Shown here piece by piece: positions 5,362-11,617 of a DNA stretch of 11,617 bases. The stretch covers positions 1 through 11,617 of the forward strand of contig JBDRBK010000027.1 of NCBI GenBank assembly GCA_043822705.1, given 5' to 3'. Under the pieces are notes generated by a model that saw nothing but the letters and a program-made list of their open reading frames with translations, did not search any database and was not told where the DNA came from. Made by a program: the position numbers and the translations under genes. Source of the DNA: Fidelibacterota bacterium. GTDB lineage: Bacteria; Fidelibacterota; Marinisomatia; Marinisomatales; TCS56. Within the stretch, counting starts at the first letter, position 1. Each line of letters begins with the position of its first letter.

Positions 5362-7414
5362 GCGGATATCTCACCGTGCCCACGGAATTCAGTTCCGTCT
5401 CGGGCGTCAGCTCGGAAAATGAGAGGACCGACAGATTGGGAAAAATCGGTTCCACAAAATTCTTGATCTGGCGCCGCAACAGCGGCGACACCAGCAGCAG
5501 CGGGTAGGACCCGGTCGTAACCATGGTCTCGACTTTATTGCTGATTTCCTGGAAAATTTTGGACACCTGATTCGGGGAAAAACCGAGATTCTGGGTCAGA
5601 CCGTTGCCGCTTTTCAGGGCGCTCATGATACTGTCTTCCAGTTTCGGCTCCAGCGTGGCCACGGCAATCTGCGACTGACCCTGCTTATAAATATCGGTGA
5701 TCGTTTCGGCCAGGCTCGCCCGGACGAATTCGGTCAGCACTTCGGGGTCCTTGGTATGGGTGGCGTGGTCACCGATCGCTTCCAGAATCAGCATCAGGTT
5801 GCGGATCGGTATCTTTTCCTGTAATAAATTTTTCAGCACCTGCTCCACGATTCCCAGCGATACCACATCCGGAATCAGTCCCTCCACGACCGCCGAGTGG
5901 GTTTCCTTCAGGTGATCCAACATCCGCTGGGTTTCCTGGCGATTCAGCAATTTATAAGCTTTCTTTTTCAGCGTCTCCATCAGATGAGTAGCGATCACCG
6001 CCGGCGGTTCCACGATCGTATAACCGGCGATTTCCGCTTCTTCCTTGAGGCGCCGGGAAATCCAGGTGGCCGGCAGACCAAAGGTCGGCTCGGTGGTGGG
6101 AATGCCGTCCAGTTCCATCCGGTCGTCGGGGTTCAGCACCAGAAAATGGTCAACCATCACCTGGCCGCTGTCGACCTCGATGCCGTAAATCTTGAAAACG
6201 TACTGATTGGCCTTCAACTGGACATTATCCCGAATCCGTATCGGTGGAATTATCAGGCCCAGCTCGATGGCGATGCTTTTCCGGATCGTGGAAATCCGGC
6301 CCAGCAGGTTGCCGCCCTGGTTCTCATCCACCAGCGATATCAATCCGTACCCGACTTCAATCTCGAACGGATCGGGATGCAGGTAGGATTCAATCCGGTC
6401 CTCGGTCTCGGGCAGCGGCAGTTCCTCTTCGGTTTCCACCAGCGCCGCCTGGCGTTCCTTGGTCTTCATGATGCTCATGCCGGAAGCGGCGATCAGGCCG
6501 GCCACCAGAATAAACGGGAAGAACGGCAGTCCGGGGACGAAACCCATTATCGCCAGGACGCCGGCAGTGATGAAAACCGCCTTGGGCTGGCGCGTTACCT
6601 GGTTGGAAATTTCGGTTCCCATATCGGTACCGGAGGTCGTGCGCGTGATAATGATACCGGCGGCAGTGGAAATAATCAGCGCCGGTATCTGGGCCACCAG
6701 ACCGTCACCGATGGTGAGCAGCGAATAGGTGGTGGCGGCCTCGCCGATCGGCATTTTACGCTGCACCACGCCGATCATCAATCCGCCAATGATATTGATC
6801 GCGGTGATCAGCAGGCCGGCGACGGCATCACCGCGTACAAATTTACTGGCACCGTCCATCGAGCCGTAGAAATCGGCTTCACGGGAGATGTCGGAACGTC
6901 GCTGTTGCGCCTCGCGGTCGTCGATCAGACCGGCGTTCAGGTCGGCATCGATGGCCATCTGTTTGCCGGGCATGGCATCCAGGGTAAACCGGGCCGAAAC
7001 CTCCGCTACCCTGGTGGCGCCCTTGGTGATCACCACGAAATTAATGATCACCAGCACCAGGAAAATGACCGCACCGACGACATAATTGCCCTGAACCACG
7101 AACGAGCCGAACGCCTCGATAATTTCGCCGGCGTAACCCTGCCCCAGAATCAGGCGGGTGGTGCCGACATTCAACGATAACCGGAACAGGGTAACGATCA
7201 GCAGCAGCCCTGGAAATACCGAAAATTCCACTGGTTTCAGCACGTACAGAGCGACGAACAGGATGACCAGGGCCGAGGAAATATTCATCACCAGCAGCAT
7301 GTCCATCAGGAACGTGGGCATGGGCAGGATCATGACCGCCAGAATCAGGACAATTCCGCCGGCCAGGAAGATATTACTCTTCGAATTGAGGTTTATTTCC
7401 GGGCTTGGTACCAT
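5351..7414 (-). CDS. flhA: Flagellar export gate protein FlhA
   Basis: 687 aa. FHIPEP signature RVAEVSARFTLDAMPGKQMAIDADLNAG, plus FYGSMDGASKFVRGDA, TIGDGLVAQIPAL and EVGYGLI..IRIRDN. Confidence 0.98.
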   Translation of the reverse strand: MVPSPEINLNSKSNIFLAGGIVLILAVMILPMPTFLMDMLLVMNISSALVILFVALYVLKPVEFSVFPGLLLIVTLFRLSLNVGTTRLILGQGYAGEIIEAFGSFVVQGNYVVGAVIFLVLVIINFVVITKGATRVAEVSARFTLDAMPGKQMAIDADLNAGLIDDREAQQRRSDISREADFYGSMDGASKFVRGDAVAGLLITAINIIGGLMIGVVQRKMPIGEAATTYSLLTIGDGLVAQIPALIISTAAGIIITRTTSGTDMGTEISNQVTRQPKAVFITAGVLAIMGFVPGLPFFPFILVAGLIAASGMSIMKTKERQAALVETEEELPLPETEDRIESYLHPDPFEIEVGYGLISLVDENQGGNLLGRISTIRKSIAIELGLIIPPIRIRDNVQLKANQYVFKIYGIEVDSGQVMVDHFLVLNPDDRMELDGIPTTEPTFGLPATWISRRLKEEAEIAGYTIVEPPAVIATHLMETLKKKAYKLLNRQETQRMLDHLKETHSAVVEGLIPDVVSLGIVEQVLKNLLQEKIPIRNLMLILEAIGDHATHTKDPEVLTEFVRASLAETITDIYKQGQSQIAVATLEPKLEDSIMSALKSGNGLTQNLGFSPNQVSKIFQEISNKVETMVTTGSYPLLLVSPLLRRQIKNFVEPIFPNLSVLSFSELTPETELNSVGTVRYPHEA

Positions 7415-7446
7415 ACTGTTATTTAATCTGTTCCGGGCACTTAACT

Positions 7447-8511
7447 CTATGTACTCTTGGTCTTTCTGAATACTGTTGCCAATATTTCCGCAATCGCCTG
7501 GTAATACATGATCGGAATCTCCAGACCGATTTCACATACATCATACAAATCACGTGCCAGTGGTTTGTTCTCAATAATCGGCACGCCGTTCGCAGCGGCG
7601 ATTTCCTTGATCCGCTGGGCCAGCTTCCGCTTGCCTTTGGCAACTACGATCGGGGCGTCGGTCGGATTGACCGGCTGGTATTTCAGGGCGATTGCGATAA
7701 AGGTCGGGTTGGTGACGACTACGGTGGCATCGGGTACGGCCACCATCATCCGGCTGCGGGCAATCCGTCGTTGGGCGGCGCGGACATGGCCTTTGAGATC
7801 GGGATTTTCCTGCTGTTTGTATTCATCCTTGACTTCCTGTTTGGTCATTCGCAGGCTTTTCTCGTATTCCCAGCGCTGGTAAAAAAAATCAGCCAGGGCC
7901 ATAACCAGCAAAGCCAGCCCCACGTAGAGTGTCATCTTGAAGATCAACTGCGCCAGAATGCCGATGATGACTTCCACCGGATACTCGGAGAGAGTGAAGT
8001 ACAGATCCGCCTGCCGGGCGATGATCCGGTAACAGATAAAACTAATAATGATGATTTTCAGGATACCCTTGGCCAGCTCGACCAGCGACCGCAGCGAAAA
8101 CAGTTTTTTCACTCCCGATAACGGGTTGATTTTATCAAATTTCGGTTCCAAGGCCTTCTTGGAGAAAACAAAACCGACCTGAGCATAATTGACCACCAGG
8201 CCGACAGCCATGATCGTCAACAGCAGCGGTGCCAGGACCGCCAGCACAAATTTTATCAGAGTGCCGGCCTGTTCCGGCAGTGATCCCGGAGTAATGTTTA
8301 TTGAAGACGATAGATTGTAAGTCTCAACCATCATCTTGATGATATTATCCGACAAACCGGTGGCGATTAATTGCAGACCCAGCAGGCCGGCGAACAGGAC
8401 CGCCACCGAATTCAACTCGACGCTGCGGGCGACGCTGCCCTTTTCACGGGCTTCCTGCCGGCGTTTGGCAGTTGCCGGTTCGGTTTTATCCTGGGTTGGT
8501 TTGTCGCCCAT
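7447..8511 (-). CDS. flhB: Flagellar export switch protein FlhB (variant NPTF motif)
   Basis: 354 aa. Motifs: KTEPATAKRRQEAREKG, four hydrophobic segments, INPLSGVKKLFS, LRMTKQEVKDEYK, VVVTNPTFIAIALKY, PIVVAKG, ENKPLARDLY. Confidence 0.97.
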   Translation of the reverse strand: MGDKPTQDKTEPATAKRRQEAREKGSVARSVELNSVAVLFAGLLGLQLIATGLSDNIIKMMVETYNLSSSINITPGSLPEQAGTLIKFVLAVLAPLLLTIMAVGLVVNYAQVGFVFSKKALEPKFDKINPLSGVKKLFSLRSLVELAKGILKIIIISFICYRIIARQADLYFTLSEYPVEVIIGILAQLIFKMTLYVGLALLVMALADFFYQRWEYEKSLRMTKQEVKDEYKQQENPDLKGHVRAAQRRIARSRMMVAVPDATVVVTNPTFIAIALKYQPVNPTDAPIVVAKGKRKLAQRIKEIAAANGVPIIENKPLARDLYDVCEIGLEIPIMYYQAIAEILATVFRKTKST

Positions 8512-8516
8512 CCGGA

Positions 8517-9296
8517 TCAGTCCTGACCCAGCAACTGCATCATGGCGCTGGTATATTCACCCAGTGAACTGTAGACCACGTCGTACAGGATCGGAAAGAT
8601 ATTCAGGGATATAATCAGGAAAAAAATCCCCAGTCCGCTCTTCAGAGGAAACGCCACCATAAAAATATTCATCTGCGGCATGACCCGGGCAATGAAGCCA
8701 ATAGCCACATCCACCAGCAGGAAAAACACCAAGGCCGGGGCCGCGAAACGGATGGCGATATCGAAGGCCTGTGACCCGCCCTCAATCAGGGTTTGCCCCA
8801 CCGCCGGCGGGATTTGGCCGGTCCCCAGCGGGATCAGGCGGAAATTGGCGTACAGCGTTTCGATCAGCAGGTGATGGCCGTCGGCCACCAGAAAGATGGT
8901 CGTCATCAGCAGAATCCACAAATGGCTGATGATCGGCTCCTGCTGATCAGTGGACGGGTCCATCACGTTGGCCATCTGGAAGCCGGTCTGGATCGCTATG
9001 AAGGAACCGGCCATGGAAAAACCTTCAAAAATAAGCCGGGCACTGAAACCGATGATCAAGCCGATCAGCATCTCCCGGGTCATGGCCAGTAACATATCCA
9101 GGAGGCCGGTAAACTCCGGCAGCGGCCCGGCGCCGAACAGCGGTAGCATGATGACCGCCAGCACGAAGGCCAGCATGACCCTCACCCGCGGTGGAATGGA
9201 ACCGTAGCTGAAGATCGGCAAGGTCGTCAGCAGGGCCGTCAACCGGGTCAGGATCAGCATGAACTGCGGAACCATTCCCTGCAATTCAGCAATCAC
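8517..9296 (-). CDS. fliR: Flagellar export protein FliR
   Basis: Motifs: LILTRLTALLTTLPIFS, EMLIGLIIGF, QTGFQMANVMDP, DGHHLLI, ARVMPQMNIFMVAFPLK. The probable start is GTG at 9296 (or ATG at 9275) rather than 9344, which lies inside fliQ. Confidence 0.95.
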   Translation of the reverse strand: MIAELQGMVPQFMLILTRLTALLTTLPIFSYGSIPPRVRVMLAFVLAVIMLPLFGAGPLPEFTGLLDMLLAMTREMLIGLIIGFSARLIFEGFSMAGSFIAIQTGFQMANVMDPSTDQQEPIISHLWILLMTTIFLVADGHHLLIETLYANFRLIPLGTGQIPPAVGQTLIEGGSQAFDIAIRFAAPALVFFLLVDVAIGFIARVMPQMNIFMVAFPLKSGLGIFFLIISLNIFPILYDVVYSSLGEYTSAMMQLLGQD

Positions 9297-9306
9297 CGGC
9301 ACCGGG

Positions 9307-9576
9307 TCAGAATCCCATCGTGGCGATCTGGTTGAATATTTCAACCATAAAGGAGAGGATATTGTCGATGAAGCGCGGCATCAGCAGCAGTATCACCAGA
9401 CCCACAACCGCAATCTTGGGAATGAAGGTCAGGGTCATTTCCTGAATCGACGTGATCGCCTGGAAAATACCTACGGCCAGACCCACCAGCAGGGCGCTGC
9501 CAAGGATCGGCGCCAGGATCGAAATCGCCGTATATAGTGTTTCCTGGGACAGATAAATTACGTAATCGGTACTCAT
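9307..9576 (-). CDS. fliQ: Flagellar export protein FliQ
   Basis: 89 aa with the signature GIFQAITSIQEMTLTFIPKI. Confidence 0.97.
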   Translation of the reverse strand: MSTDYVIYLSQETLYTAISILAPILGSALLVGLAVGIFQAITSIQEMTLTFIPKIAVVGLVILLLMPRFIDNILSFMVEIFNQIATMGF

Positions 9577-9581
9577 GGCGG

Positions 9582-10331
9582 TTATCCGAAACCTTTCACC
9601 AGTGATTCGACGATCAGGTACCAGCCGTCCACCAGAACGAACAGCAGGATTTTAAACGGCATGGAAATCATGACCGGTGGCAGCATCATCATTCCCATCG
9701 ACAGCAGGATGCTGGCAACGATCATGTCGATCAGCAGCATCGGCAGATACAGCAGAAACCCGATCTGGAAGGCGGTCTTTAATTCGCTGATGATGAAAGC
9801 CGGGATCACGGTGCTGAAGTTGATAGCATCCCGGGTTTGCGGTGCATCGGACTGGCGCAGATTTAAGAACAGGGCCAGATCTTTCTCACGGGTCTGTTTC
9901 AGCATAAAGGCCCGTACCGGTTGCACCGCCAGATCCAGGGCGACATCCTGAGTGATTTCTTCCCGCAGGTAGGGTTGCAGGGCATTATCGTTAACTTCGG
10001 TCAGGACCGGTTGCATAATGAAAAAAGTCATGAACAGCGCCAGACCGATCAGGATCTGATTGGAGGGCGCCGACTGGGTCGCCAGTGCGGCACGTAGAAA
10101 ATGGAAGACTATGATAATGCGCGTGAAACTGGTCATCATGATCAGGATCGACGGCGCCAGCGACAGCACCGTCATCATAAACAGGATTTTTAGTGTCAGG
10201 CCGAACTCGGCGGGATCAGTCGATTCCGTAACTCCCAGCGAGATGGTTGGCAAACCACCCTGGGCCTGCAGAGCAGCCGGCAGCAGCACCAGGGCCAGCG
10301 CCAGCCAGAATAAAACGGGACGGATTTTCAT
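9582..10331 (-). CDS. fliP: Flagellar export pore protein FliP
   Basis: 249 aa. Signal-peptide-like N-terminus. Motifs: LAPSILIMMTSFTRIIIV, PAFIISELKTAFQIGF, MGMMMLPP, PFKILLFVLVDGW. Confidence 0.98.
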   Translation of the reverse strand: MKIRPVLFWLALALVLLPAALQAQGGLPTISLGVTESTDPAEFGLTLKILFMMTVLSLAPSILIMMTSFTRIIIVFHFLRAALATQSAPSNQILIGLALFMTFFIMQPVLTEVNDNALQPYLREEITQDVALDLAVQPVRAFMLKQTREKDLALFLNLRQSDAPQTRDAINFSTVIPAFIISELKTAFQIGFLLYLPMLLIDMIVASILLSMGMMMLPPVMISMPFKILLFVLVDGWYLIVESLVKGFG

Positions 10332-10864
10332 CAGGATTTCCGGAACCGGTTCAGCAACCCGGCGAATGAATCCGGCAGCGCCGGTCCGGCCGGTGCAGTG
10401 GTATCGCCGGTCGCTGTTTCCGCCGGCTCCCCCGGTTCGAATTCGGTGATCAGGTTGATACCGTTGTCAGTCACCCCCAGTAACAGCCGGCGGCCTTCGA
10501 TTTCCACCAGCAGCAGTGATTGGCGCGCATTCAGGTAGTGCCGGCCCTGGACTGCGACCTGCAGCCCGGCCAGACTGCCGCCGCCGGGCAGCGCCCGGCG
10601 ATACCAGCGGGCCACCATCAGTATCAGGACAATGATCGCTGCAGTCACCACCACGGTGCGGATGATCTGTCCGCCTAGTCCCGGTTCGGTGGCGACCGGT
10701 GCTATGACCGTACCGGCTTCCGGATTTATCGGCGGAGGCGTGAATTGCCGCGGCCCACCGGAATAAACCAGGTAAAACCCCCAGATCATGATGATCGCAA
10801 AAATAACCATTCCGGCCAGCGACCCGCGCTTGGGTCCGGCGCCCGGCAAGCGAAAATTGTTCAT
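10331..10864 (-). CDS. fliO: Flagellar biosynthesis protein FliO (FliO/FliZ family)
   Basis: 177 aa between fliN/Y and fliP. A TM helix is followed by the FliO-like segment GRHYLNARQSLLLVEIEGRRLLLGVTDNGINLI, and the protein ends SFAGLL. There is an extra N-terminal hydrophobic segment. Confidence 0.88.
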   Translation of the reverse strand: MNNFRLPGAGPKRGSLAGMVIFAIIMIWGFYLVYSGGPRQFTPPPINPEAGTVIAPVATEPGLGGQIIRTVVVTAAIIVLILMVARWYRRALPGGGSLAGLQVAVQGRHYLNARQSLLLVEIEGRRLLLGVTDNGINLITEFEPGEPAETATGDTTAPAGPALPDSFAGLLNRFRKS

Positions 10865-11617
10865 CCCAGGCTCTTGATTCTTTCCTGCGGGCTCAGCAAC
10901 TGGGAAATGCGGATGCCGAAATGATCGTCGATCACGACAACTTCGCCCTCGGCCAGTTTGCGGCGGTTGACAAATATATCCAGATGTTCACCGGCCGCTT
11001 TTTCCAGCTCGATCACCGAACCCTTGCCCAATTTCAGGATATCGCGGATCGTCATCGTCTTGCGGCCTAACTGTACCAGGATTTCCAACTCCACGTCCAG
11101 CAGCATATCGATCGAATGGCTCTCATTGTTCCCGCCGGCATCCATCGGGAAAGAGGAAAATTCCGCCGGGTGAACATCAATGGCACCGTCATCGAAATCG
11201 GCCGCATCATCCTGATCGAGGGCCCAAACGAAATGCCGGACCTCGAAAGTGCGATCGCCGACGGCCACGGTATGGGTGGCGTCAATGCCGGTTCCGGATA
11301 CCGGCAGTTCCAGATTCTTGCCATCTTCCAGCAGACGTACCTTCATCCCGCTGGCTTTAAAAGCGGAAGGCTGACCATCGGTGGCAGCCTGCAACTGACC
11401 CAGAATCTGGTTGGTCCCTTCCTGCATCCCTTCCAGGGTGGCATTGTGCAGCTGCTTTTCCGGCTCGGCCCCGATCATCCAAGCATACAGTTGCAGGACA
11501 GCATCCTTGGGCAGTTCCAACAAATGCTGACAATTAACTTTGCCAAAGGACTGAAAAAAGATACCGACCGCAGGATAATCAGCCTTGCGGGCTTTCTTAT
11601 TGGCATCCCGAACGACG
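10861..11617 (-). CDS. fliY: Flagellar motor switch protein of FliY type (CheC-like domain fused to FliN/SpoA domain), 5'-truncated by the window edge
   Basis: C-terminal FliN domain IDMLLDVELEILVQLGRKTMTIRDILKLGKGSVIELEKAAGE..GEVVVIDDHFGIRI. The frame stays open upstream of 11523 to the window edge (VVRDANKKARKADYPAVGIFFQSFGKVNCQHL). CheC-like motif LEGMQEGTNQILG. It could be annotated fliN. Confidence 0.8.
   Translation of the reverse strand, partial: VVRDANKKARKADYPAVGIFFQSFGKVNCQHLLELPKDAVLQLYAWMIGAEPEKQLHNATLEGMQEGTNQILGQLQAATDGQPSAFKASGMKVRLLEDGKNLELPVSGTGIDATHTVAVGDRTFEVRHFVWALDQDDAADFDDGAIDVHPAEFSSFPMDAGGNNESHSIDMLLDVELEILVQLGRKTMTIRDILKLGKGSVIELEKAAGEHLDIFVNRRKLAEGEVVVIDDHFGIRISQLLSPQERIKSLG

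Noticed and set aside
5897..7180. 427-aa plus-strand ORF
   Set aside because: It is entirely antisense to the highly conserved flhA and has no recognisable motifs. This is a typical shadow ORF from GC-biased codon usage.
7415..7446. AT-rich 32-nt flhB-flhA spacer as an internal promoter or terminator
   Set aside because: No convincing sigma-70, sigma-28 or sigma-54 consensus or hairpin is visible. It is more likely just an unstructured translation-initiation region.
9297..9344. ORF-track N-terminal extension of fliR
   Set aside because: It overlaps the 3' end of fliQ and is not FliR-like. GTG at 9296 or ATG at 9275 gives a normal length.
5351..10331. Non-flagellar (injectisome) type III secretion system
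   Set aside because: The presence of fliO, flhF, flhG, fliA and a FliY/FliN switch gene identifies the export genes as flagellar.
10726..10733. Second GCCGATAA on the minus strand inside fliO
   Set aside because: No -35 element at the right spacing, and it lies in coding sequence.
1108..11324. Remaining plus-strand ORFs and the alternative-frame minus ORFs 7419..7643 and 11067..11324
   Set aside because: All overlap better-supported minus-strand genes and show no protein-family signatures.

Overview
The whole window is one tightly packed, minus-strand bacterial flagellar operon segment (about 55% GC by eye). In transcription order it holds: a FliY/FliN-type switch protein (5' end outside the window), fliO, fliP, fliQ, fliR, flhB, flhA, flhF, flhG, a 69-aa two-TM protein, fliA (sigma-28), three uncharacterised genes (83 aa, about 268 aa, about 112 aa), and a cytoplasmic PAS-HisKA-HATPase histidine kinase. 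The kinase runs off the left edge and is missing from the ORF track. Gene junctions overlap or are at most 32 nt apart, consistent with one transcript and translational coupling. I found no RNA genes, mobile elements or CRISPR arrays. The most notable points are: FlhB has NPTF instead of the near-invariant NPTH autocleavage motif and lacks the Gly of the EG(D/N)P linker; FlhG lacks the DQAxxLR activator motif; and an unannotated cassette after fliA combines FlgM-like, SwrB/DUF2802-like and FliK-N-like traits with a FleS/FlgS-like kinase. All family assignments were made by eye, and no database searches were run.
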